Of a stretch of DNA of 64,000 bases, positions 19,934 to 27,912 are shown in pieces. The notes below the pieces were generated by a model. That model was not told the origin of the DNA, made no database searches, and saw only the letters and a list, made by a program, of their open reading frames with translations. This stretch comes from an uncultured Lactobacillus sp. (GTDB taxonomy: Bacteria; Bacillota; Bacilli; Lactobacillales; Lactobacillaceae). The stretch's first letter is position 1. Every line of letters begins with the position of its first letter. The translations under genes and the position numbers were made by a program. The DNA lies in NCBI GenBank assembly GCA_945971245.1, contig CAMFOZ010000001.1, positions 140 to 64,139 of the forward strand, read 5' to 3'.

Positions 19934-19961
19934 ACAAAAAGACGGCCCGTATTAGGCCGCC
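19934..19961 (-). terminator. rho-independent terminator ending the accessory block
   Basis: Minus strand GGCGGCC-UAAUACG-GGCCGUC followed by UUUUUGUAU. Overlaps the stop codon of the 79-aa ORF. Confidence 0.6.
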
Positions 19962-20191
19962 TCGTCTGTCTTATTAGTCTTATATGTATATCCTGTGTCA
20001 TCCCCTACCGTAACCCGGACGCCTACGCCCAAGGATTGCAGCCGGTCCACCGTTGCTAGTAATAGCTTAATCAACATGGCTTTATAGTCTTTCCGGCCTT
20101 CAAAGAAAAGTCGTTTTCCTTGTTCGCCTGGATCTATAAACTTAAACGCTGCGCTTTTCTTATCACGGTAGTACTTTTTCATCTTGTCCAT
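19952..20191 (-). CDS. hypothetical protein (79 aa)
   Basis: ORF track; last gene of the minus-strand accessory array. Confidence 0.5.
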   Translation of the reverse strand: MDKMKKYYRDKKSAAFKFIDPGEQGKRLFFEGRKDYKAMLIKLLLATVDRLQSLGVGVRVTVGDDTGYTYKTNKTDEAA

Positions 20192-20205
20192 GATCTCGCC
20201 CCCAC

Positions 20206-20607
20206 TTAGTTTCTTAGTAGTTGAGTGATTGCGCTATCAAGAATTGTCTGTTGTTTGTCTTTGCTTTCACCCCGTGAAATGCTGTCCGCTAACTCTTCTA
20301 CCAACATCCCCATAACGTTTTCTGTTGTAGCGTCTAGTCCTTCACAGTAGCCACCAACAAACCGAGCATATAGCTTGCTTGCCGTTGCTCTATTCATTGC
20401 TGGCGTGAGGTTGTACCGTAAAACAAACCGCCAATAGTTCCGCCTAAACACACGTTGTTCATAGTCGAATACAACATCGCTTTTAGATAGTGCCTGTAGG
20501 ATTCGCGTTGTCTCCATCAAGAACCGCCGTACCTTGTCATCATCATCTAGTAAAACCATTGCTTTAGTCATCAAACTTGTGTAGTCCATTTCATTAACAT
20601 TCATCAT
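20206..20607 (-). CDS. hypothetical protein (133 aa)
   Basis: ORF track; same-strand array. Confidence 0.55.
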   Translation of the reverse strand: MMNVNEMDYTSLMTKAMVLLDDDDKVRRFLMETTRILQALSKSDVVFDYEQRVFRRNYWRFVLRYNLTPAMNRATASKLYARFVGGYCEGLDATTENVMGMLVEELADSISRGESKDKQQTILDSAITQLLRN

Positions 20608-20623
20608 TTTTATAATCCCCTTT

Positions 20624-21037
20624 TTAGTTGTTTACCGTCGTTACTCGCTTGTCCGTCTTCGGTACGTTAATGATCTCTAACCCTTTAGCGCCGTCGCCCT
20701 GTTGTGCGATCATCCGTTCTTTTTTGCTGTTTGGGTAAATCGTTACCGTATAATCTCCGCCGCCGTCGTCCTCGTAGTCCAATGTGAAGCGGTCATTTTT
20801 TACTTGTTGTCCGTCCTGAATGTGTGACTCTGAGTATTTCAGTTTCTTGTTTTCATTGGTTAAATCGCTATTAGTTGCGCTTAAGTCACCTATCTTGTCA
20901 GTTGCCTTATGCATTGCTTTCTGTTCAGTTCTAATTTGGCTCTGTGTTTCGTTTAACTTCGTAGAGTCGACAAACCAATTGAGCCCGGCAATAATAAGTA
21001 AAATTCCCAAAACCTTAATTACTAAATCTTTGTTCAT
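20624..21037 (-). CDS. N-terminally membrane-anchored hypothetical protein (137 aa)
   Basis: ORF track; hydrophobic N-terminus LVIKVLGILLIIAGL. Confidence 0.55.
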   Translation of the reverse strand: MNKDLVIKVLGILLIIAGLNWFVDSTKLNETQSQIRTEQKAMHKATDKIGDLSATNSDLTNENKKLKYSESHIQDGQQVKNDRFTLDYEDDGGGDYTVTIYPNSKKERMIAQQGDGAKGLEIINVPKTDKRVTTVNN

Positions 21038-21049
21038 AATAAATTCCTC

Positions 21050-21376
21050 CTAGTATTCTTTGTAGCAAGTTCCATCGAGCATTGTTCTTGTTCCTTGTTT
21101 GAGTTGATCAAAGTAACAAGGGTCATCTTTGTGTAGCTCTTCGCCGTTTATAAGTGGGTATACAAGTGTTTGCGTGTCTTCACTGTAATATCCCTCGTCA
21201 AGTGCCGCCGCTATATCATCCTCACTATAGAAGCCGTCTAGCTCGTTCCCATTCCAATCACAAAGTGAGTAGTACCAACTAATCGCGTATAGCTTTCCGT
21301 CCTCGTATTCGTTTGGCTTACGGTATATAAAGTACCGTTGATATTTATCGTATGTATGTAATTTGTAAGCTTTCAT
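21050..21376 (-). CDS. hypothetical acidic protein (108 aa)
   Basis: ORF track. Confidence 0.5.
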   Translation of the reverse strand: MKAYKLHTYDKYQRYFIYRKPNEYEDGKLYAISWYYSLCDWNGNELDGFYSEDDIAAALDEGYYSEDTQTLVYPLINGEELHKDDPCYFDQLKQGTRTMLDGTCYKEY

Positions 21377-21389
21377 TTTGTTGTCCTCT

Positions 21390-21656
21390 TTAATATGCTT
21401 TCAAGTATTCGTATAAGTCGGTCCCGTCTGCGTTTTCTAGCGCTTCGTGTGATGAGTGAAAATTACACTCGCATAAATAATCTAAAATTCGTTTACCTAA
21501 CCGATCGTCCTTGTGTTGCATGTAAGCCAAGCCCATGAGCATATATTGGTCGGTGGTAATCGCCCAATCATTCGCACCGGCTACCGCTTGGATTGGCTTG
21601 TTGCTTTCTAAATCGTTGAAAAATTGTTTTTGTTGTTCGTCTAATTTGATTTCCAT
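21390..21656 (-). CDS. hypothetical protein (88 aa)
   Basis: ORF track. Confidence 0.5.
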   Translation of the reverse strand: MEIKLDEQQKQFFNDLESNKPIQAVAGANDWAITTDQYMLMGLAYMQHKDDRLGKRILDYLCECNFHSSHEALENADGTDLYEYLKAY

Positions 21657-21695
21657 GATAATTACTCCTCTCGTCTTTAGTTGTTTCCAGTCATT

Positions 21696-21932
21696 CTATA
21701 AAGCTTTAACCCGTGCAATATCCTTTTTTAGGTCTTCCCGTGTGTACCATTCGGGCACGTCTTTATCTGTCCAGAGGTCCATTAAAAAGATTAATTCTTT
21801 CAATACTTCTTCTGCGCCTTTCTTGTTGCCGTTCCTAATCTCATATCTAACCATCATTGAATCTTTTCCAGTCATTTGATAATGAAATTTTTTGTTTTCT
21901 AATAAGCGTTGCTCTAATTCTTCCTTAGTCAT
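21696..21932 (-). CDS. hypothetical protein (78 aa)
   Basis: ORF track. Confidence 0.5.
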   Translation of the reverse strand: MTKEELEQRLLENKKFHYQMTGKDSMMVRYEIRNGNKKGAEEVLKELIFLMDLWTDKDVPEWYTREDLKKDIARVKAL

Positions 21933-21945
21933 TTTTGTTTCCTCC

Positions 21946-22251
21946 CTAGTAATTGCTGTTCATTGATTCCACAAATTCATCGTATTTGGTTTGTAGTTCG
22001 TTCTGATTTATGCCATCCAAGACTGGGCATCCATAATAAAGCGAGTGATTAAAGAGCCATTTATCATCAACCACCTTTGCGAAGTCTTCATGGTTAAGGT
22101 GGTTTTGATCTTGCCAATCCTGGCCCCATTCTTGACGGTAAAGATAATGCTCACCATCATATAAAACTTGATCATTAAGTAATTGGGTTCCTTGTTCAAC
22201 GTCTAGCCGACCGCCAAACATCTTTTTGTTACTTACTACATAAACAATCAT
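21946..22251 (-). CDS. hypothetical protein (101 aa)
   Basis: ORF track. Confidence 0.5.
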   Translation of the reverse strand: MIVYVVSNKKMFGGRLDVEQGTQLLNDQVLYDGEHYLYRQEWGQDWQDQNHLNHEDFAKVVDDKWLFNHSLYYGCPVLDGINQNELQTKYDEFVESMNSNY

Positions 22252-22264
22252 TTTTATTTCCTCC

Positions 22265-22483
22265 CTAATCTAAAATCTCAACAATCTTGTTTTTCCGTGC
22301 TACGAATAAATCACAACCGACAAGCTTATAAATTGATTTGTTTGTGTTTGCCTTTCCTTTTTCTAATAGCTCATCTCCTGCCGTTGGGATTTCCTCGCTT
22401 GTAAGTCCGTCATCTTCTAAGGCGATATATAAATCGCTTATGCTGTCGAAACTGTCCAAATATTTGTATTCGATTTTGATCAT
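22265..22483 (-). CDS. hypothetical protein (72 aa)
   Basis: ORF track 22265..22501. The likely start is ATG 22483 with AGGAGGAA SD. Confidence 0.5.
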   Translation of the reverse strand: MIKIEYKYLDSFDSISDLYIALEDDGLTSEEIPTAGDELLEKGKANTNKSIYKLVGCDLFVARKNKIVEILD

Positions 22484-22495
22484 GTTTGTTCCTCC

Positions 22496-22514
22496 TAACA
22501 CGCTACGTGATTAT
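22496..22514. repeat. 19-bp direct repeat copy 1 (taacacgctacgtgattat), putative operator
   Basis: Perfect match to 22562-22580. Lies just upstream of the SD of the 22483 gene. Confidence 0.8.
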
Positions 22515-22561
22515 TAGTGTAAAAATAAAATTCTCTGTATTTCCTTTCGACAACTATATGA

Positions 22562-22580
22562 TAACACGCTACGTGATTAT
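22562..22580. repeat. 19-bp direct repeat copy 2, inside a promoter spacer
   Basis: On the minus strand it follows TTGACA (22585-22580) and precedes a TCATAT-like -10 element. Confidence 0.8.
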
Positions 22581-22608
22581 GTCAATATAAAAAATAGAAA
22601 AAGTAGAA

Positions 22609-22845
22609 TTACTTTTCTAAATTTTCTAAAGTAGAGTCTATTAAAGATTTCAGCTTTTCTAAATCGTTTTTGTAATTCTTATGGCCGTAGTCACTTGTTA
22701 CATATATATGAGCTTTCGTACCTTCTTTATTGTAAGCATTGGCAAAATTAAAGGCGTTTCGCTTGAGCGTGTTATAGCCTGTTCTGTCCGGATTATTTCG
22801 CTCGTATTTTCGCGATGCTTTTATGTGTGCTTTAGTCACTGCCAT
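22609..22845 (-). CDS. small basic protein (78 aa), paralogue-like of 22905..23117
   Basis: ORF track. Shares the K/R-rich ...Y.R.N...Y...F.N...L..LID..LE pattern with its neighbour. Confidence 0.5.
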   Translation of the reverse strand: MAVTKAHIKASRKYERNNPDRTGYNTLKRNAFNFANAYNKEGTKAHIYVTSDYGHKNYKNDLEKLKSLIDSTLENLEK

Positions 22846-22889
22846 GTGGTTGCCCTCCCTGTCTTATAATAAATATATTATACCAGGGC

Positions 22890-22904
22890 AAACGCCCGAC
22901 GCTT
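22890..22904. repeat. third copy of the aaacgcccgacgctt motif
   Basis: Identical 15-mer at 23666-23680. On the minus strand it sits just upstream of an extended -10 TGgTATAAT. Confidence 0.7.
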
Positions 22905-23117
22905 CTAATTTTCACTAATTTCTTCTAGTCTTTCATCAATTAACACCCGCAACTCTTTTAACTCTTCTGCCGTTGCGTCCTTGTTAATAAAAGACTTTGC
23001 CCGTGACTTCTTTTGATTGCGGTAGGCTTCTTTTTTGTGTGTACGGTTATACTCAGCATTCCGGGCCAATTGTCGTTTATATGCTTCTTCTGTTGTAAGT
23101 TTCTTAGATCTAGCCAT
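22905..23117 (-). CDS. small basic protein (70 aa)
   Basis: ORF track. Confidence 0.5.
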   Translation of the reverse strand: MARSKKLTTEEAYKRQLARNAEYNRTHKKEAYRNQKKSRAKSFINKDATAEELKELRVLIDERLEEISEN

Positions 23118-23259
23118 GGTTTCGTTGCCCTTTCATTTCCTTAGCTTTTTGCCTTATCTTTTTAGCTTTTTTTAAGTCGTTAGAACCTGATTTAATTAGT
23201 CGGTAACTAACATATAAGGCAACAGCCAAAATTACTATATCAAACAGAATTTTCAGCAT
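23110..23259 (-). CDS. single-TM peptide with basic tail (49 aa)
   Basis: ORF track 23110..23334. The likely start is ATG 23259 (MLKILFDIVILAVALYV...) with AGAAAGG SD. Confidence 0.45.
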   Translation of the reverse strand: MLKILFDIVILAVALYVSYRLIKSGSNDLKKAKKIRQKAKEMKGQRNHG

Positions 23260-23343
23260 TTCTAAAACCTTTCTATTTTTGCATTCCCATAGTATAATTA
23301 TATACGTAAAAGGGAACCGCGCCACGATTCCCAAAATTGTAAA

Positions 23344-23496
23344 CTATCGTTTATTTTTTGCCTTATCTAAGCGTTTGGCCCGCTTCTTTAAGGCTTTTTC
23401 TTTTAGGCATTGGCCTTGCCAGTAATCTTTATAGCCCTTACAGGCTAACCGATAAGCTGTTGCTATTCCTAAAAGGGCGCTTACTGCTATAAGCAT
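23344..23496 (-). CDS. single-TM peptide with basic tail (50 aa)
   Basis: Hand-translated MLIAVSALLGIATAYRLACKGYKDYWQGQCLKEKALKKRAKRLDKAKNKR. Below the track size cutoff. Same architecture as 23110..23259. Confidence 0.4.
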   Translation of the reverse strand: MLIAVSALLGIATAYRLACKGYKDYWQGQCLKEKALKKRAKRLDKAKNKR

Positions 23497-23657
23497 AGCC
23501 CCCAAACTCCTTTCAACTAGTATTTTGAAATTTGGGACTGCTTAAGCTAGTAATTAGCTTACATTTATATAATATCACACTATCATACATTGTCAACGTA
23601 TGATAGAAAATAAATTGAAAAAGATCTCTACTATATATACACGCTAAATTGTTGCCA

Positions 23658-23677
23658 ATTATGAGAAACGCCCGACG
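23658..23677. repeat. left copy of 20-bp perfect inverted repeat attatgagaaacgcccgacg
   Basis: Reverse complement is present at 24767-24786. Confidence 0.9.
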
Positions 23678-23823
23678 CTTTCCGTGCTATACATGAGTAT
23701 GTAGAGAGGTTGACGGTTGCCAGTTTGAAAAATAAGCAGGTAATTGGTCGATAAAACCGCAGTGGCAAAAATTGAGTTTAATTTTGGAATGTAAATTTTC
23801 GCCTGCGCGGGAGGAATTCATAT

Positions 23824-23843
23824 ATTTAAAAAGCATGCTTACT
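23824..23843. repeat. 20-bp direct repeat atttaaaaagcatgcttact, copy 1
   Basis: Perfect second copy at 23938-23957. The two copies flank the terminator hairpin. Confidence 0.85.
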
Positions 23844-23858
23844 AACAAAAAGTAAGCT

Positions 23859-23911
23859 AAAAATTAAAAACAACGAGAAAGTTTTTCTCAAACATTTTCT
23901 CGTTGTTTTTT
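23859..23911. terminator. bidirectional terminator downstream of the HNH-family gene
   Basis: 12-bp stem aacaacgagaaa / tttctcgttgtt (23869-23880 / 23896-23907) with an A-run before and a T-run after. Confidence 0.75.
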
Positions 23912-23937
23912 CACTATTTTTCACTTGTTTTTTGCTC

Positions 23938-23957
23938 ATTTAAAAAGCATGCTTACT
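23938..23957. repeat. 20-bp direct repeat copy 2 (overlaps the stop codon of the HNH-family gene)
   Basis: Identical to 23824-23843. Confidence 0.85.
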
Positions 23958-24729
23958 TACTATTTGTAAGTGAATTAGTTTGATCACCATCTTTTGATTT
24001 TTCAATCATGTTTTTAATTAGTTCTTGTGGGGTTAGATTTTGTTTTTGAGCCTTTTTCATCAGTGCTTTATAATTATCAACATCATCTTCATCCCACTTG
24101 ATTTCTAACCTTCTGATCGGCTTCATACATACATGAGTATAATTGATAGGGTCATACCAATAACAACTCTTAATTATGCTCATGTCATCTGTTTTATAGC
24201 AGGTTTTAGCGCATCCTTCATCTACTGCTTCTGCCTTTTTTCGATTGCACTCTGGGCATAGAAGTAAGTAATTTTGAGGATCGCGCTTTTCTTTTTGGCT
24301 TAGCTCTCCAAAGTATTTAACTGGTAGTCGGTGATCAACTTGCAATTCTCTTGGTTCTAATTTTTCACCACAATAAGCACACCTTGCACCATAAATACGG
24401 ATAAGTTTCTCTTTTATTCCTTTTGGTACCAATCGCCGTCCATCTTGCCACTCTGGATGTATGTCTCTCCTATCGCCAAAAGTATAGCGCACAACAGGAT
24501 TCCGAGATTCAGGCGTTTTGATGCGGCTAAGTGCTTGTATAGGAATACCGTGATCTTTCAGATCTCTTATAGCTCTTGCTGTTTGGCTTGGTGCAACTCC
24601 CGCACGTATCAAGTCATACTTGGTAACTATGCCATTCTCTTTGAGTGCGTCAATTGTCTTTCTACCACGCGCATATAGTTTGTCGTAGATTTCATCAGCG
24701 TATTCTTCAACATTAGAATATTGCTTCAT
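23953..24729 (-). CDS. HNH-family endonuclease with N-terminal wHTH-like region
   Basis: 258 aa. CAYCG...DHRLP...N...LLCPECNRKK motif. Confidence 0.75.
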   Translation of the reverse strand: MKQYSNVEEYADEIYDKLYARGRKTIDALKENGIVTKYDLIRAGVAPSQTARAIRDLKDHGIPIQALSRIKTPESRNPVVRYTFGDRRDIHPEWQDGRRLVPKGIKEKLIRIYGARCAYCGEKLEPRELQVDHRLPVKYFGELSQKEKRDPQNYLLLCPECNRKKAEAVDEGCAKTCYKTDDMSIIKSCYWYDPINYTHVCMKPIRRLEIKWDEDDVDNYKALMKKAQKQNLTPQELIKNMIEKSKDGDQTNSLTNSK

Positions 24730-24766
24730 AATAATTACCTCCTTGACTGTAATTTATCACACGAAA

Positions 24767-24786
24767 CGTCGGGCGTTTCTCATAAT
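24767..24786. repeat. right copy of the 20-bp inverted repeat
   Basis: cgtcgggcgtttctcataat is the reverse complement of 23658-23677. Confidence 0.9.
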
Positions 24787-24886
24787 CAAGGAGTTTTTAG
24801 CATAATTTTTTAAATACTTTTCAGCATTAATTTTCGCTTTGAGAGTCATTATTTTTAGCTCTTAAACGTGTGTTTGCTTTACGCGA

Positions 24887-24934
24887 ATAAAAAAAGACTA
24901 TATACTTAAGTTGTCACATCAAGTATATAGTCTT
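24887..24934 (-). terminator. strong terminator after mazF
   Basis: 14-bp stem aagactatatactt / aagtatatagtctt, followed on the minus strand by UUUUUUUAUU. Confidence 0.8.
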
Positions 24935-24967
24935 TCTGTTCCATCGCTCACTTAGCCGATGGATTTT

Positions 24968-25312
24968 TTAGTATGTGGCATTGTTTACTTTCAAAACATC
25001 TGCCAAAAAGCTTTGGGGAACCTCATCCAGAAGTTCAAAGGAACGATCACTAAGGTCTAAGGTTCGCTCTTGATCTAGCTCAACAACACCATGAACATTC
25101 TCAAGTGCGGGCAGTTTGATGTGAAGTGGGAAATACTTCGTGTTAGAAGTAATTGGCGCCACTTTTACCATTCCGCCACACAATTGGTTAAAGTCGTCGT
25201 TCGACAAAACAATCGCTGGACGAGTTTTCTTTTGTTCATGGCCTTTTCCTGGATCAAAGCTAACCTTAATAATCTGGCCTTGAGACAGTTCCTTATAGTT
25301 GTTAATCATCAT
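24968..25312 (-). CDS. mazF: MazF/PemK-family toxin endoribonuclease
   Basis: GQIIKVSFDPGKGHEQKKTRPAIVLS...VAPITS pattern. The likely start is ATG 25312 (SD GGAGGG); the track start is 25378. Confidence 0.8.
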   Translation of the reverse strand: MMINNYKELSQGQIIKVSFDPGKGHEQKKTRPAIVLSNDDFNQLCGGMVKVAPITSNTKYFPLHIKLPALENVHGVVELDQERTLDLSDRSFELLDEVPQSFLADVLKVNNATY

Positions 25313-25378
25313 AGTATAACAACCCTCCATAGTAAAATATTTTATTGCCATCGCCGAGTAACGGCCAGGCTCCGGCAA

Positions 25379-25657
25379 TTAAAATAATTCTTTACCCTGA
25401 GGTTGCCCCCAATCAGTTTCTTTATTACCGTGCTCATCTTTGAAATATGCATCCGTGTCAAAACCATCAAACATTTTTCTCAATGGGCTTTCTTTCTTTT
25501 GTGGTGTTAAAACTATTTTGTTGTCCTCTATCTTATAAGACAGCTTGTCTCTATCCGCTAAACCCAAGGCAGTTGATACTTTCTTTGGTATACGAACCGA
25601 CAAACTGTTCCCCCACCTTGATAAGGTGAGGTCTCCTTTTACAGTCGTGTTCGTCAT
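25379..25657 (-). CDS. mazE: AbrB/MazE-family antitoxin
   Basis: SRWGNSLSVRIPKKV swapped-hairpin motif. Directly upstream of mazF. Confidence 0.8.
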   Translation of the reverse strand: MTNTTVKGDLTLSRWGNSLSVRIPKKVSTALGLADRDKLSYKIEDNKIVLTPQKKESPLRKMFDGFDTDAYFKDEHGNKETDWGQPQGKELF

Positions 25658-25716
25658 GAGTGGTCCTCCTAAAAACTAAATTTAGTAAATACAGCTCCTT
25701 TTACAGAACCATAATT

Positions 25717-25745
25717 ATTATATCATCACCACCACAAAGTATCAA
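25717..25745 (-). promoter_or_regulatory. sigma-A type promoter for mazEF
   Basis: Minus strand TTGATA (25745-25740), 17-nt spacer, TATAAT (25722-25717). About 60 nt upstream of the mazE start. Confidence 0.7.
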
Positions 25746-25966
25746 CGTAAAATGTATCGACATTATGCATTGCAAAAAGAAAAGCCTGCCCCATATCATG
25801 AAGCAAGCTTTTTCGACACTTATACTCTATCTCCAGGCATATCTGATGTCAATATTTTTATTTTTAAATATCCTGGTTCATGTCGGACATTTCACGCACG
25901 AAGTCAGACACCGTAGTCTTAACCCAGTGGTTAGCTCGTGGACCCAGTCTATCGCCATTTAATGCA

Positions 25967-26003
25967 AAAGGCTTACATCCCCACGTTGAGGACGTAAGCC
26001 TTT
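25967..26003 (-). terminator. terminator-like hairpin ending the upstream accessory operon
   Basis: 10-bp stem aaaggcttac / gtaagccttt, immediately after the stop at 26007. Confidence 0.5.
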
Positions 26004-26006
26004 TTG

Positions 26007-26390
26007 CTATACCGTCGAAAACAAAATTATCATCGTATCTATCCAAATGGCAATCATTATCGATGATGCAGTGTCTGTTCTACACCCTAGTACGATAATT
26101 GGCACCCCAATAAGCACAGAAATCCAATAACCTTTTCGTGCTACCCAACGGCAAATGCTCTTCCAAATACTTCTCCAGAACAGCTTACGACGGACTTTCT
26201 TAAGTGTTTTCTTTATAGTATTCTGCCGAGTATCTTCCTCTTTAGTTGTAATGGTGATAACGTGTTCCGCTGCATCAAGGGAGACATCGTACCCTTTGTG
26301 ATAGACCATCCCCAACACCTTAAGCACGGCATCCGCTGTAGCTTCATTGTCATCGAGTTTGATATGATATTCGGTCATGATTCTAATCAA
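26007..26390 (-). CDS. hypothetical protein with C-terminal TM segments (127 aa)
   Basis: ORF track. Confidence 0.5.
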   Translation of the reverse strand: MIRIMTEYHIKLDDNEATADAVLKVLGMVYHKGYDVSLDAAEHVITITTKEEDTRQNTIKKTLKKVRRKLFWRSIWKSICRWVARKGYWISVLIGVPIIVLGCRTDTASSIMIAIWIDTMIILFSTV

Positions 26391-26605
26391 TCCTTTTCAT
26401 CCTGGTTCATAACTGAAATGGCTTCATCAGCCGACTTACACATCGTAACCTTCCCATAATCAACGGGAAAATGATGTTGTTTAAGCCACAAAGCAAAGTC
26501 AAGCATTGCATCCGCATTGTCAAATATAACAAATTGCTCGTCCCCATTTTCTACGAAGGCGCAGTAATAAGCCTGCTGATTATCACTTGCTTTTTCCTCA
26601 GCCAT
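26387..26605 (-). CDS. hypothetical protein (72 aa)
   Basis: ORF track 26387..26626. The likely start is ATG 26605 (SD GGAGGG). Confidence 0.5.
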   Translation of the reverse strand: MAEEKASDNQQAYYCAFVENGDEQFVIFDNADAMLDFALWLKQHHFPVDYGKVTMCKSADEAISVMNQDEKD

Positions 26606-26619
26606 ATATGTCCCTCCGT

Positions 26620-26907
26620 TTACCATTCAATAAGCAAAGCACCTAATGATGAATTGCCGAACATCTTAGTAACAGTGTAACCAGCTATCTCCAGCTGGCA
26701 TGCTAATGAATACAGCGTCAGACGTTTCTGCTTTGTAGATTCAAAATTAACTAACACTGAAGTTTTGCCATCATTGGCAGCCTCAACGATCCTCTTGTTT
26801 ACCATTTCAATTGTTTCGTCCGGGATCGGTGCATTGTTCATTTCGGATTCAATCGTCCATTTAGGGATAATCTCCACGCTCATATCTATCTCACAGCCCC
26901 CAGTCAT
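26620..26907 (-). CDS. hypothetical protein (about 90 aa)
   Basis: ORF track. The start is uncertain (26907 or 26883). Confidence 0.5.
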   Translation of the reverse strand: MTGGCEIDMSVEIIPKWTIESEMNNAPIPDETIEMVNKRIVEAANDGKTSVLVNFESTKQKRLTLYSLACQLEIAGYTVTKMFGNSSLGALLIEW

Positions 26908-27241
26908 GTTCTTTGAGCCATTTCACGCGCCACTTATCTCTGTCTGTTTTCATACGAGACTTGTATAACACATCGATGACTTTCTTCAATTCGTCTTTGG
27001 GGATGGTACTGCAAGTATCATCAGGTTCAAACAGGTCTACGTCACTAACAGCATCAAAGCTATGTAAAACTTGGTACACGCTCACGTATTGATAAACCTC
27101 AGGGCCGACAATCCTAAGCAGTGAAGTCTGCATTTCCCAATGGGACGGAGGTAGCTTATAAATATCCCATAGCGCTCTGTGCTTAGCTCTTTCTAACGTT
27201 CCGCACACAATATAAGTATGTCGTTTTAACCATTCATCCAT
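26891..27241 (-). CDS. hypothetical protein (116 aa)
   Basis: ORF track 26891..27373 begins at TTG inside the upstream ORF. ATG 27241 (MDEWLKRH...) with a GGAG SD is more plausible. Confidence 0.45.
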   Translation of the reverse strand: MDEWLKRHTYIVCGTLERAKHRALWDIYKLPPSHWEMQTSLLRIVGPEVYQYVSVYQVLHSFDAVSDVDLFEPDDTCSTIPKDELKKVIDVLYKSRMKTDRDKWRVKWLKEHDWGL

Positions 27242-27275
27242 TTGACCAACTCCAATCGTATTCGCCACATCTATA

Positions 27276-27452
27276 CTATGGATCCTGCAAATCAACGCGA
27301 CGGCGCCAGTACGTTTTATATCCTTTTTCCTTAGCCTCACGTGTGAATTTGCAAAAAGCATCAAAGTTGTCAAAAGCTTTGATAGCTAGTTCACCGTGTT
27401 TCGAGGTTTCAGCTAATACTACCCAAACACGTAGTTTATTTTTATCAAGCAT
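27276..27452 (-). CDS. hypothetical protein (58 aa)
   Basis: Hand-translated MLDKNKLRVWVVLAETSKHGELAIKAFDNFDAFCKF... SD GAGGTGAG. Below the track cutoff. Confidence 0.45.
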   Translation of the reverse strand: MLDKNKLRVWVVLAETSKHGELAIKAFDNFDAFCKFTREAKEKGYKTYWRRRVDLQDP

Positions 27453-27466
27453 CACTCACCTCATTA

Positions 27467-27895
27467 CTAACTATCTCCACCATATAAAAAACTCCAGTAC
27501 GAATTGCCAAAGTCTTCCAAAGAAAGCCAATGATTATCAAGGAGCTTACTTATAATGGTTAAAAGCGGATAGACAAGCACTATCAAAAATATCCAAGCGT
27601 AAGTCGCCAACAGCACAGATACGGTCGCAAGAAGCAAGGCAATAAAGAACTTTACATTTTTAAGCGTGCTTGAATGTGATCGCTTGTATACCTTTAATGT
27701 GCTTTCCCCGTCTGACGATTTGTTCAGCTCGTAATCCAGTTCTTTGTCCTTTATCTTTTGCAAGACAGTTGGCAATTCAGCATTGCTCACGCTGTATTGA
27801 TCTAAATTAAATTTATGGCTCTCGCCTATTGGCCACCACTGGTCACTAATTAGCTGTAGTAAATCATCCGTATTTTTGACATTTTTATTGGCCAT
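27467..27895 (-). CDS. hypothetical protein, soluble N-domain plus two C-terminal TM helices (142 aa)
   Basis: ORF track; FFIALLLATVSVLLATYAWIFLIVLVYPLL. Confidence 0.5.
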   Translation of the reverse strand: MANKNVKNTDDLLQLISDQWWPIGESHKFNLDQYSVSNAELPTVLQKIKDKELDYELNKSSDGESTLKVYKRSHSSTLKNVKFFIALLLATVSVLLATYAWIFLIVLVYPLLTIISKLLDNHWLSLEDFGNSYWSFLYGGDS

Positions 27896-27912
27896 TTAAT
27901 CACCTACTAAGA

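Noticed and set aside
26891-27452. Possible frameshifted gene (58-aa ORF overlapping the track ORF 26891..27373)
   Set aside because: The overlap disappears if the downstream gene starts at ATG 27241, which has its own GGAG SD 35 nt after the upstream stop. Two separate genes is the simpler reading.
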